64,000 bases of DNA, taken from positions 101,924,595 to 101,988,594 of the forward strand of contig NC_090382.1 of assembly GCF_036365525.1 (NCBI RefSeq). Reading direction: 5' to 3'. A program made the position numbers and the translations under genes. Positions 1 through 12,600 of this stretch are shown here, one piece after another (positions within the stretch are counted from its first letter, which is position 1; each line of letters opens with the position of its first letter). The notes under the pieces were generated by a model. It ran no database searches, was not told the DNA's origin, and saw only the letters and a list, made by a program, of their open reading frames with translations. This DNA is from Heterodontus francisci. Lineage: Eukaryota.

Positions 1-360
1 GACAGGTCTTGGAGGAGGATGGTGTGGTCAACCATGTCAAAGGCTGCAGCCAGTCGAGAAGGATGAGGAGGGAAAGTTTACCTTTGTAAGAGTCAGTCAC
101 ATAGGATGTCATTTGTGGCTTTGATAAGGGCTGTTTTGGTCCTGAGGCAGGGGCACAAACCTCATTGGAGGAATTCAAAAATGGAGGTCCTGGAAAGATG
201 GCAATGGATTCGGGAGGCGACAACACAGTCAAAGACTTTGGAGAGGAAAAGGAGGATGGAAATGGGACAGCTTGAAAGGGCATTGGTGTTAAGTGTTAGT
301 TTTGTGAGGAGAGGGGTGATGATGGCAGATATAAAGGAGAGAGGGACAACACCTGAAGAG
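1..360 (-). mobile_element. L2-clade LINE reverse transcriptase fragment
   Basis: Minus strand gives degenerate TALIKATNDILCD...KGKLSLLILLD...AFDMVDHTILL. Confidence 0.7.
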
Positions 361-494
361 AAAGAAACATTTATAGTATCGATGATTTTTAAATGTGAAA
401 TTACAAATCACACATATCATACCAACTCTGGAACACAAAATACATTTTTTGTTTTCAGATCTTAAGTTTTGCACAAAATCATCATGAATTTCTT

Positions 495-690
495 TAACTG
501 GTCCCGACTTTGGTCACATGACTAACCGATTGCAGTAGATGTTTATCTTATGGTCACAGTTTTAGATGAACCACATCTACATCCTTCCACCATCCGCCCA
601 AGGCCAAAATGTGGTTCACCTAAAACTGTGACCATAAGATAAACATCTACTGCTTTGGGTTACTAACAAGACCAAAGTCAAAAGCAGTTA
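495..690. repeat. Fold-back inverted repeat, MITE-like
   Basis: 532-576 and 609-653 are reverse complements at 44/45; 32-nt loop; weaker outer arms end TAACTG...CAGTTA. Confidence 0.8.
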
Positions 691-1159
691 GGCAAACCTA
701 TGACAATGCTATTATTTTCCAACACTTTTAGTCCTGATTTTTCTGCAAGAAAATTTTAATTAAATTAAGCATCACTTATTAGTGAAACAACTGAATTGCC
801 AACAGAACTTTGAAGGACAATGAAAACCTCAAACAGAACCAGAGCATCACTTGGGAAACCAGAAAAACCAAATTGAGTTCAAGATGAATCATTTTATATT
901 GACCAGGCAACCAGCAAGAAATCTTAAAATATGTAAAATAGCAGATGGCAGTCATTGAATTGTAAAAATCCTTCTTTTGGAGTTTTATGAAAAAGATGAA
1001 AACTTGTTTTGTCTAAAGAGGAACAGGGTGCAGCAGAAGAACTGATTTGAAAGAGTAAAAGATCAGAAAGTACAAGATCTTTCAGCAATGTGTTCAGTAA
1101 CTCAAACCACATTTAAACAAATCCTTTAAAAAGAGTATGATTGCAGTAAGATTGCCCAC

Positions 1160-1249
1160 CTTGTCGGAAGAGACTGGTGAAGAAGTCCAGAGACGAATCA
1201 GCAAAGCTCCCAACACAGAGATACACAACAAACTGAGGTTCTCTGTCAT
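1160..1249 (-). CDS. Candidate signal-peptide (first coding) exon of a second gene running off the left edge
   Basis: ATG...AAG|gtgggc; MTENLSLLCISVLGALLIRLWTSSPVSSDK with a hydrophobic core and small residues before a plausible cleavage site; GGAAGAGGAAG ETS-like sites about 55 nt upstream. Confidence 0.6.
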
Positions 1250-1986
1250 TAAGTCGCACAAAGTCATTGACGTAGTCTCTTGTGAAACTAGAAGACAGGC
1301 GAGCTTCCTCTTCCTATTCAGCTCAGGGTTCAGACATCATTAACGTTGTGCATGTTCAAGCTGAGATAGAAAATGGCTCAAAATAGAAACCATAGGGTAG
1401 CTCAAAATGGCAACTTAACAGGAACAAAAAAACTGTTGTCTTGGGCAAACGATTCAGTTTTGGGATAAGTTATTTGACATTTCCTGGAGCATCTCAAATG
1501 CCAGAGCCTGGAGTTAATCAGAGAATCTATTGTTTTATACTAAAAGGATTGTTAAACCATGAAGTACCAGGGTCAATATACTGGAGCTCCAGCTCCACTG
1601 CAGAATTGAGGCATCGTGGGACTCCTTGCTGCCTCTGATCATGAATGCTGGCACAATCCCAAATCCCAGGGATGGGTTGATGTTTGGGCGATTGCTTCAC
1701 AGCCGTAAGATAATCAGTGATGCCCCTGATCCACTCCAGGAGCAACATTTGGGAGACGACCAATCCAGAGAACCAATGATGAGAGCAAACCAGGAATAAT
1801 ATAGCCACATTCTGAAGTACTTAAATCTTATAGCCACAAATTTATAAAACACAGGGTGGAATCCTTTCTGCGCTATTGAGCACAGATTCACAGAAGATTT
1901 TATTTAGAACATAGAACATAGAACATTACAGCGCAGTACAGGCCCTTCAGCCCTCGATGTTGCGCCGACCTGTGAAACCATCTGAC

Positions 1987-4831
1987 CTACACTATTCCAT
2001 TTTCATCCATATGTCTATCCAATGACCACTTAAATGCCCTTAAAGTTGGCGAGTCTACTACTGTTGCAGGCAGGGCGTTCCACGCCCCTACTACTCTCTG
2101 TGTAAAGAAACTACCTCTGACATCTGTCCTATATCTATCACCCCTCAACTTAAAGCTATGTCCCCTCGTGTTTGCCATCACCATCCGAGGAAAAAGGCTC
2201 TCACTATCCACCCTGTCCAGCCCTCTGATTATCTTATCTGTCTCTATTAAGTCACCTCTTCTCCTCCTTCTCTCTAACGAAAACAACCTCAAGTCCCTCA
2301 GCCTTTCCTCGTAAGACCTTCCCTCCATACCAGGCAACATCCTAGTAAATCTCCTCTGCACCTTTTCCAAAGCTTCCACATCCTTCCTATAATGCGGTGA
2401 CCAGAACTGCACGCAATACTCCAGGTGCGGCCGCACCAGAGTTTTGTACAGCTGCAGCATGACCTCGTGGCTCCTAAACTCGATCCCCCTACTAATAAAA
2501 GCTAACACACCATATGCCTTCTTAACAGCTCTATTAACCTGGGTAGCAACTTTCAGGGATTTATGTACCTGGACACCAAGATCTCTCTGCTCATCTACAC
2601 TACCAAGAATCTTCCCATTAGCCCAGTATTCTGCAATCCTGTTACTCCTTCCGAAGTGAATCACCTCACACTTTTCCGCATTAAACTCCATTTGCCATAT
2701 CTCAGCCCAGCTCTGCAGCCTATCTATGTCCCTCTGTAACCTACAACATCCTTCGGCACTATCCACAACTCCACCGACCTTCGTGTCATCCGCAAATTTA
2801 CTAACCCACCCTTCTACACCCTCATCCAGGTCATTTATAAAAATGACAAACAGCAGTGGTCCCAAAACAGATCCTTGCGGTACACCACTAGAAACTATAC
2901 TCCAGGATGAACATTTACCATCAACCAGCACCCTCTGTCTTCCTTCAGCTAGCCAATTTCTGATCCAAAGCACTAATTCACCTTCAATCCCATACTTCTG
3001 TATTTTCTGCAATAGCCTACTGTGGGGAACTTTATCAAACGCCTTACTGAAATCCATATAGACCACATCCACGGCTTTACCCTCATCCACCTGTTTGGTC
3101 ACCTTGTCAAAAAACTCAACAAGGTTTGTGAGGCACGACCTACCCTTCACAAAACCGTGCTGACTATCTCTAATGAACTTATTCTTTTCAAGATGATTAT
3201 AAATCCTATCTCTTATAACCTTTTCCAACATTTTACCCACAACCGAAGTAAGGCTCACAGGTCTATAATTACCAGGGCTGTCTCTACTCCCCTTCTTGAA
3301 CAAGGGGACAACATTTGCTATCCTCCAGTCTTCCGGCACTATTCCTGTCGACAATGACGACATAAAAATCAAGGACAAAGGCTCTGCAATCTCCTCCCTG
3401 GCTTCCCAGAGAATCCTAGGATAAATCCCATCTGGCCCAGGGGACTTATCTATTTTCACACTTTCCAAAATTGCTAACACCTCCTCCTTGTGAACCTCAA
3501 TCCCATCTAGCCTAGTAGTCTGTATCTCAGTATTCTCCTCGACAACATTTTCTTTCTCCACTGTAAATACTGACAAAAAATATTCATTTAACACTTCCCC
3601 TATCTCCTCCGATTCCACACACAACTTCCCACTACTATCCTTGATTGGCCCTAACCTATCTCTAGTCATTCTTTTATTCCTGATATACCTATAGAAAGCC
3701 TTAGGGTTTTCTTTGATCCTATCCACCAATGACTTCTCGTGTCCTCTCCTTGCACTTCTTATCTCTCCCTTTAGATCCTTCCTGGCTAGCTTGTAACTCT
3801 CAAGCACCCTAACTGAGCCTTCACGTCTCATCCTAACATAAGCCTTCTTCTTCCTCTTGACAAACTCTTCAACTTCTTTAGTAAACTACGGCTCCCTCGC
3901 TCGACAACTTCCTCCCTGCCTGACAGGTACATACTTATCAAGGACACGCAGTAGCTGCTCCTTGAATAAGCTCCACATTTCGATTGTGCCCATCCCCTGC
4001 AGTTTCCTTCCCCATCCTACGCATCCTAAATCTTGCCTAATCGCATCATAATTTCCTTTCCCCCAGCTATAATTCTTGCCCTGCTGTATATGCCTGTCCC
4101 TGCCCATCGCTAAGGTAAACCTAACCGAATTGTGATCACTATCACCAAAGTGCTCACCAACTTCTAAATCTAACACCTGGCCGGGTTCTTTACCCAGTAC
4201 CAAATCCAATGTGGCATCGCCCCTGGTTGGCCTGTCTACATACTGTGTCAGAAAACCCTCCTGCACACACTGGACAAAAACAGACCCATCTAAAGTACTC
4301 GAACTATAGTATTTCCAGTCAATATTTGGAAAGTTAAAGTCCCCCATAACCACTACCCTGTTACTCTCGCTCCTGTCAAGAATCATCTTTGCTATCCTTT
4401 CCTCTACATCTCTGGAACTATTTGGAGGTCTATAGAAAACTCCCAACAGGGTGACCTCTCCTCTCCTGTTTCTAACCTCGGCCCAGACTACCTCAGTAGA
4501 CGAGTCCTCAAACGTCCTTTCTGCCGCTGTAATAGTTTCCTTGATTAACAATGCCACACCCCCCCCCTCTTTTACCATCTTCTCTGTTCTTAGTGAAACA
4601 TCTAAATCCCGGAACCCGCAGCATCCATTCCTGTCCCTGCTCTACCCATGTCTCTGAAATGGCCACAACATCGAGATCCCAGGTACCAACCCATGCTGCA
4701 AGCTGACCCACCTTATTCCGGATGCTCCTGGCGTTGAAGTAGACACATTTTAAACCAAGCTCTTGCTTGCCAGCGCCCTCTTGTGTCCTTATAACCTTAT
4801 CTCTGCCCTCACTACTCTCAACATCCTGCAC
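1987..4831 (-). pseudogene. CR1 ORF2 (endonuclease and RT) with one frameshift and one nonsense codon
   Basis: YFNARS, SETW, GDFN and SDH endonuclease motifs; QHGF, GVPQGSVLGP and FADD RT motifs; frameshift in the C-run near 4560 and in-frame stop at 3886. Confidence 0.9.
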
Positions 4832-4869
4832 ACTGGAACTACAATTTAGGTTCCCATCCCCCTGCTGAA

Positions 4870-5811
4870 TTAGTTTAAACCCCCCCGAAGAGCACTAGCA
4901 AATCTCCCCCCCAGGATATTGGTACCCCTCTGGTTCAGGTGAAGACCATCCTGTTTGTAGAGGTCCCACCTACCCCAGAAAGAGCCCCAATTATCCAGGA
5001 AACCAAAACCCTCCCTCCTACACCATCCCTGCAGCCACGTGTTCAACTCCTCTCTCTCCCTATTCCTCACTTCGCTAGCACGTGGCACGGGCAACAACCC
5101 AGAGATAACAACTCTGTTTGTTCTCGCTCTAAGCTTCCACCCTAGCTCCCTGAATTTCTGCCTTAAATCCCCATCTGTCTTCCTACCTATGTCGTTGGTG
5201 CCTATGTGTACCACAACTTGGGGCTGCTCCCCCTCCCCCTTGAGGATCCCAAAAACACGATCCGAGACATCACGTACCCTGGCACCTGGGAGGCAACACA
5301 CCAACCGTGAGTCTCTCTCATTCCCACAAAACCTCCTATCTGTTCCCCTAACTATGGAGTCCCCAATGACTAATGCTCTGCTCCTCTTCCCCCTTCCTTT
5401 CTGAGCAACAGGGACAGACTCTGCGCCAGAGACCTGTATCCCATTGCCTTCCCCTGGTAAGTCGGCTCCCCCAACAGTATCCAAAACGGTATACCTGTTG
5501 TTGAGGGAAACGGCCACAGGGGATCCCTGCACTGCCTGCTGGTTCCCTCTCCTTCCCCTGACGGTAACCCATCTACCTTCTTCTTTTACCTGAGGTGTGA
5601 CTGCCTCCCGATAACGCCTCTCAATAATCCCCTCCGCCTCCCGAATGATCCGAAGTTCCTCCAGCTCCAGCTCCAGTTCCCTAACGCGGTCCTCGAGGAG
5701 CTGGAGCTGGGTGCACTTCCCGCAGATGCAGTCAGCAGGGACACCCTTGGCGACCCTTACCTCCCACATTCTGCAGGAGGAACATTCAACTGCCTTAACC
5801 TCCATTCCCAC
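4870..5811 (-). CDS. CR1 ORF1p: zinc finger, coiled coil and SGNH esterase
   Basis: CSSC...CGKC; LEDRVRELELELEELR; GDS, GTND and DGLH esterase motifs; intact 313 aa. Confidence 0.9.
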   Translation of the reverse strand: MGMEVKAVECSSCRMWEVRVAKGVPADCICGKCTQLQLLEDRVRELELELEELRIIREAEGIIERRYREAVTPQVKEEGRWVTVRGRRGNQQAVQGSPVAVSLNNRYTVLDTVGGADLPGEGNGIQVSGAESVPVAQKGRGKRSRALVIGDSIVRGTDRRFCGNERDSRLVCCLPGARVRDVSDRVFGILKGEGEQPQVVVHIGTNDIGRKTDGDLRQKFRELGWKLRARTNRVVISGLLPVPRASEVRNREREELNTWLQGWCRREGFGFLDNWGSFWGRWDLYKQDGLHLNQRGTNILGGRFASALRGGLN

Positions 5812-5968
5812 TATTCTAAATTCCCAAGTTTTTAACCAATCACACGATAAAACAAGAAGAGAAATAGAAAAAGCCTTACCTTACCTACACACAACCGAGT
5901 CCTTTTTTTTAGGTAAGAGGAGGAGGGCGGGTGGGAGACACTACAAGAGTAGTGTCTCGGGTTCGGAA

Positions 5969-6216
5969 ACAGCCCAAATATATAGGTTTCTACTTACCCA
6001 GCAGTCCCTGCTCCACCGAAACTCCCGATGAAATTGACTTCCCAGCTGTTCACTCCTCGCTCGCAATGCCTGTGCTCCTGGAAAAGCTGCACAACGAAAA
6101 GGTAAGAGAATTTACACAGCCCAAATATATAGGTTTCTACTTACCCAGCAGTCCCTGCTCCACCGAAACTCCCGATGAAATTGACTTCCCAGCTGTTCAC
6201 TCCTCGCTCGCAATGC
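5969..6216. repeat. Tandem 101-bp direct repeat (period 147) in the CR1 5' UTR
   Basis: 5969-6069 appears identical to 6116-6216. Confidence 0.9.
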
Positions 6217-6665
6217 AGTGTAAGATTACAGAGATGAACAACAAAGATAATTCTGGAGATCCAGGATGTGAATTTGGTTTTGTAGCGCTCCTGGAGATGG
6301 CACTGTGGATGGAGAGTGACCTTATTCTGGTGCACACTGCGCCACCAGCTATTTCAGGCATGGCCCACTTGGAACACCATCTTTTGAAGGGTGATTGCAC
6401 AGGTGTCCCCTGCATACACTGGAAGCAACTGATTCAGCACTATCCTGATGTCACACAGATTAACTGAGTGATATGACGCACTCTATCAAAATTGGACCTC
6501 GCAGGTCCATTGAATGAAATTGCGCAATACTCCACAAAGATCAAGTGTTTCGCTGAAAAGATGGGCCCTGCACCAATGCTATTTAAAAACAAGTTGCATG
6601 AGGTGCTTTTGATTTACTTTTGCTCAGCCTGAGTTTGTGGAAGCACTGTGCTGTGTTTTTGTAGT

Positions 6666-8238
6666 TCACAGAATCACAGAATTGTTACAGCACAGAAGGA
6701 GGCCATTCGACCCATCGTGTCAGCACTGGTTCTCCGAATGAGCAATTCATTAGTGTCATACCCTGACCTCCTCCATGTAACCCTGCACATTCCTCCTTTT
6801 CATAGAACTGTCTAATTCCCTTTTGAATGCTTCAATTGAACCTGCCTCCATCACATTCTCCGGCAGCACATTCCAGACCTTAAACACTTGTTGCATGAAA
6901 AACATTTTCCTCATGTCGCTTTTGCTTCTTTTACCTATTACTTTAAATCTGTGCCCTCTCGTTCTCAATCATTCCACAAGTGGGAATACTTTCTCCATAT
7001 CTATTCTGTCCAGACCCCTCATGATCTTGAATACCTCTATCTCAGCCTTCATTAGTCGAAGAGAAACAGTCCTAATTTCTCTAATGTACATAATTGAAGT
7101 TCCTCATCACTGGAACCATTCTCGTGAATCTTTTCTGTACTCTATCCATGCTTTCACATCTTTCCGAAAGTGTGGCACACATAACTGGATGCAATACTGC
7201 AGCTGAGGCCACATTCATGTCTTATACAAGTTCAACATAACTTCCTTGCTCTTGAACTCTTTGCCCCATTAATAAATCCCAGGATACTGTATGCTTTATT
7301 AACTGAGCTCTCAACCTTCAATAACTTATGTACATATACACCCAGGTCCCTCTGCTCCTGCACCCCTTTTAGAATCACACCCTTTATTTTATATTGTCTA
7401 TCTTTTTCCTACCAAAATGAATCACTTCACATTTCTCTGCATTGAACTTCATCTGCCACCTGGCCGCCCATTCCACAAACTTGTCTATATCCTTTTGAAG
7501 TTCTACACTATCCTCCTCACAGTTCACAATGCTTCCAAGTTTTGTATCAACCGCAAACTTTGAAATTGTGCCCTGTATATCAAGGTCTAGATTATTAATA
7601 TATAACAGGAAAAGCAAGAGTCCCAACACTGACCCCTGGAGAACTCCACTGCAAGCCTTCCTCCAGCCTGAAAAATATACGTTAATCACTACCCTTCTTA
7701 AACAATGGAACAACATTGGCTATTCTCCAGTCCTCTGGGACCTCACCTGTAGCCAATGAGGATGCAATGATTTCTGTCAAGGCCCCAGCAATTTCTTCCC
7801 TTGCCTCCCTCAGTATTCTGGGGTAGATCCCATCAGGCCCTGGGAACTTATCTAACTTAATGCTTTGCAAGACACCCAACACCTCCTCCTTTTTGATCAT
7901 GAGATGACTGAGACTATCTACACTCCCTTCCCTCTGCTCATCATCCACCAAGTCCTTCTCTTTGGAGAATACTGATGCAAAGTACTCATTTAGTACCTCA
8001 CCCATTTCCTCTGGCTCCCCACATAGATTCCCTTCTCTGTCCTTGAGTGGGCCAACCCTTTCGCTGGTTACCCTCTTGCTCTTTATATACGTATAAAAAG
8101 CCTTGGGATTTTCCTTAATCCTGTTTGCCAATGACTTCTCATAACCCCTTTTAGCCCTCCTGACTCCTTGCTTAAGTTCCTTCCTACTGTCTTTATATTC
8201 CTCAAGGGATTCGTCTGTTACCTAGCCTTCCAGCCCTT
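6666..8238 (-). mobile_element. Two abutting degenerate CR1 fragments (about 6666-7684 and 7685-8238)
   Basis: ORF remnants GVLQGSVLG, KFNAEKCEVIHFG and IKENPKAFY...PEDWRIANVVPLFKKG. Confidence 0.85.
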
Positions 8239-8239
8239 A

Positions 8240-8440
8240 GTACACAAGATTTAGTTTATGAATAAATAGTTAATTTGTTGTTGTTGAAAGATACCTGGTT
8301 TGGTGTATTTGATTCTGAGGGTTAATAAAGTGTTTAATTTGGCTGTTTTCTGGTCGGTGAGAAAACTTTAATAATATGCTGTGACCTGTGGAGTGATGGG
8401 ACTGAATTGACAGTGCATTGCTCCTGCCTTGGTCATAACA
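8240..8440 (+). mobile_element. 3' part of an LTR, same family as 56100-57067
   Basis: Ends CCTTGGTCATAACA; similar to the reverse complement of 56100-56295. Confidence 0.6.
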
Positions 8441-9610
8441 AAACGATGACAATCTAATATTGAAGGAACAATCCCAATCTCAGTCTAGCTCATTACTCAC
8501 TATTAAATCCAGTATAGCCTGGCATCTTGTTGGTTCTAGAACATATTGCTGCAAAAAACGATACAAATGCATATAAGAAATTCACTCCCTTTCTAACTTG
8601 AACTACTCTGCTCTTAACAACTTATATGAAAATTAAAGTCTCCAATTAAAGCAGCTCTGCTTTGGCTACAAACCCCTCTGATTTAATATAATCTGCTACT
8701 AAATGACCGCGATCAGGAGATGTGTGGACAGTGCTCATTACAGTTTTAACTCATCTTTTATTGCTCAATTCAAAACAGAGAATAACCGCTGATTGTTTTC
8801 GCTTAACTATAACCTATCCTACTAATATTGCAATAGTATCTTTCATCAGTAAGCCTCCCCCACCTCCTCTTCCAGTTTCCCTGTCTTTTCTAGAGATGGA
8901 TATTGCACAATGAAGTTATAAGAAATGATTTACAATGTAATCGGACGTTGCAGGTTTTATTTTCAAACAGTCTGTGTGATAATGAAAGTGCAACTGGTTA
9001 AAAACAATAACTTCTGCACAGAAACAGGAAGGATCAAAAACACATTGAATGTTCCCTTGTGGTTATGTCAAAGTCTAGTAAGTGACAGATGGAGGTATTT
9101 TCACTGGAGAAGATTGAGGGGGACACGTGGCATAACCCAAGTCTTTAAAATGATGGGAGTGACGGACAATTTAGGTGTGAGCAGATAGTTTAATTTGAAT
9201 TATAAATATAAAACTAGAGGATCTGGGTAAAAATATGAAACCTGAGATGAAAAGGAACTTTATTTCCCTGCAGAATGCAGGTGGTGTGGAGGAAATTCCC
9301 AGAAAATACATCATTAAAAAGGATCCTTTTTAAATTTCTTCTCAGGATGGGGGCAACACTGACCCCTGAGGTGGTGATGGTCCGTCCCCCTCCCAATTAC
9401 CTTCCCTTCTCACAGAGACTGATATTTAGCCACTCATCTCCCACAGACTCTCCTCAGCCTGGAACAGACAATGGATGAGAAGGGACTCTCAGAACTTGGA
9501 TTAAGAGATGTCAACTCAGCAACTAGATTGTAATGAGTTCTGTTCATGTTATCTTATGCAACATAAATGAGATGAGTGGAATCCAGTTGGTTGAATATCT
9601 CAAAAAGGTT

Positions 9611-12600
9611 TCTTTTCTTTTGGGCCTCCTTATCTCGAGAGACAATGGATACGCGCCTGGAGGTGGTCAGTGGTTTGTGAAGCAGCGCCTGGAGTGGCTA
9701 TAAAGGCCAATTCTGGAGTGACAGGCTCTTCCACAGGTGCTGCAGAGAAATTTGTTTGTTGGGGCTGTTGCACAGTTGGCTCTCCCCTTGCGCCTCTGTC
9801 TTTTTTCCTGCCAACTACTAAGTCTCTTCGACTCGCCACAATTTAGCCCTGTCTTTATGGCTGCCCGCCAGCTCTGGCGAATGCTGGCAACTGACTCCCA
9901 CGACTTGTGATCAATGTCACACGATTTCATGTCGCGTTTGCAGACGTCTTTATAACGGAGACATGGACGGCCGGTGGGTCTGATACCAGTGGCGAGCTCG
10001 CTGTACAATGTGTCTTTGGGGATCCTGCCATCTTCCATGCGGCTCACATGGCCAAGCCATCTCAAGCGCCGCTGACTCAGTAGTGTGTATAAGCTGGGGG
10101 TGTTGGCCGCTTCAAGGACTTCTGTGTTGGAGATATAGTCCTGCCACCTGATGCCAAGTATTCTCCGAAGGCAGCGAAGATGGAATGAATTGAGACGTCG
10201 CTCTTGGCTGGCATACGTTGTCCAGGTCTCGCTGCCGTAGAGCAAGGTACTGAGGACACAGGCCTGATACACTCGGACTTTTGTGTTCCGTGTCAGTGCG
10301 CCATTTTCCCACACTCTCTTGGCCAGTCTGGACATAGCAGTGGAAGCCTTACCCATGCGCTTGTTGATTTCTGCATCTAGAGACAGGTTACTGGTGATAG
10401 TTGAGCCTAGGTAGGTGAACTCTTGAACCACTTCCAGAGCGTGGTCGCCAATATTGATGGATGGAGCATTTCTGACATCCTGCCCCATGATGTTCGTTTT
10501 CTTGAGGCTGATGGTTAGGCCAAATTCATTGCAGGCAGACGCAAACCTGTCGATGAGACTCTGCAGGCATTCTTCAGTGTGAGATGTTAAAGCAGCATCG
10601 TCAGCAAAGAGGAGTTCTCTGATGAGGACTTTCCGTACTTTGGACTTCGCTCTTAGACGGGCAAGGTTGAACAACCTGCCCCCTGATCTTGTGTGGAGGA
10701 AAATTCCTTCTTCAGAGGATTTGAACGCATGTGAAAGCAGCAGGGAGAAGAAAATCCCAAAAAGTGTGGGTGCGAGAACACAGCCCTGTTTCACACCACT
10801 CAGGATAGGAAAGGGCTCTGATGAGGAGCCACCATGTTGAATTGTGCCTTTCATATTGTCATGGAATGAGGTGATGATACTTAGTAGCTTTGGTGGATAT
10901 CCGATCTTTTCTAGTAGTCTGAAGAGACCACGTCTGCTGACGAGGTCAAAGGCTTTGGTGAGATCAATGAAAGCAATGTAGAGGGGCATCTGTTGTTCAC
11001 GGCATTTCTCCTGTATCTGACGAAGGGAGAACAGCATGTCAATAGTCGATCTCTCTGCACGAAAGCCACACTGTGCCTCAGGGTAGACGCGCTCGGCCAG
11101 CTTCTGGAGCCTGTTCAGAGCGACTCGAGCAAAGACTTTCCCCACTATGCTGAGCAGGGAGATTCCACGGTAGTTGTTGCAGTCACCGCGGTCACCTTTG
11201 TTTTTATAGAGGGTGATGATGTTGGCATCGCGCATGTCCTGGGGTACTGCTCCCTCGTCCCAGCACAGGCATAGCAGTTCATGTAGTGCTGAGAGTATAG
11301 CAGGCTTGGCACTCTTGATTATTTCAGGGGTAATGCTGTCCTTCCCAGGGGCTTTTCCGCTGGCTAGGGAATCAATGGCATCACTGAGTTCCGATTTGGT
11401 TGGCTGTATGTCCAGCTCATCCATGACTGGTAGAGGCTGGGCTGCATTGAGGGCAGTCTCAGTGACAGCATTCTCCCTGGAGTACAGTTCTAGGTAGTGC
11501 TCAACCCAGCGGTCCATCTGTTTGCGTTGGTCAGTGATTATGTCCCCCGATTTAGATTTGAGGGGGGTGATCTTCTTGATGGTTGGCCCAAGAGCTCTCT
11601 TCATGCCATCATACATTCCTCTGATGTTTCCGGTGTCTGAGGCCAGCTGAATATGACTGCATAGGTGTTGCCAGTAGTCGTTTGCGCAACGCCTAGCTGT
11701 TCTTTGTGCAGTACTTCTGGCTGCTTTAAGTGCTGCGGATGTTAAATCGCTGGGGGCTTTCTTGTAGTTCAAAAGTGCAATGCGCTTAGCGGCTATGACA
11801 GGTTCCAGCTCTTCATTATGAGATTGAAACCAGTCTGCATTTCTCTTCGCACTTTTGCCGTAGGTGGTCAAAGCTGACTCATAGATGGCGTCTCTGATGT
11901 GGGCCCACTTGGTCTCAGCATCCCCTGTGGGAGTGTTTTGAAGGGCTGTTACAAGTGAATTTAGAAATTTTTGTAACAGCTGTGGGTGAGAAATTCTGCT
12001 CGTGTTGATGCGCGGGTGGCCCTTCTGCTTGGAATGATGCAACTTCTTTGGTCTGAGTCTAACCTTGCTGCACACCAGGGAGTGGTCGGTGTCGCAGTCC
12101 GCACTGTGGAAGCTGCGTGTGATTTGAACACTGTTTAAGGCGGCTCGCCTTGTGACAATGAGGTCTAGCTGGTGCCAACGACGTGATCTTGGGTGCCTCC
12201 ATGAAACCTGGTGACAGGGTTTAGTGTGAAAGAACGAGTTGGTGATGCAGAGGTTATGATAGGTACACAACTCAAGCAGTCTCTGCCCGTTCTCATTCAT
12301 CCTTCCAACGCCATAGCGCCCAAGGCAGGAGGGCCATGAGTCATGGTCGGCCCCAACCCTGGCATTAAAGTCCCCCAGCAGGAATAGGTGTTCGGTGTTG
12401 GGGATGCTGCTAATGATGTTATGGAGTTGTTCATAGAACTGGTCTTTAGCTTCAGGTGCGGAACAGAGTGTTGGAGCATAGATGCTGAGTAGGTGTACTG
12501 GACCAGAGGTGGTGAGCAGTCGGATGGACAGTATGCGTTCCGAGCCATTTGAGGGAGGCTCTATCATGCTGAGCAAGGAGTTTCTGATGGCGAAGCCCAC

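Larger units (their letters stand above)
1905..6216 (-). mobile_element. Full-length young CR1-clade (HER1-like) LINE
   Basis: 5' UTR, ORF1, ORF2 (APE endonuclease and RT with FADD) and a (TGTTCTA)n 3' tail at 1905-1925. Confidence 0.95.

Noticed and set aside
2444-6031. Plus-strand ORFs overlapping the CR1, and similar ones over the RTE copies
   Set aside because: Antisense shadows of LINE coding sequence.
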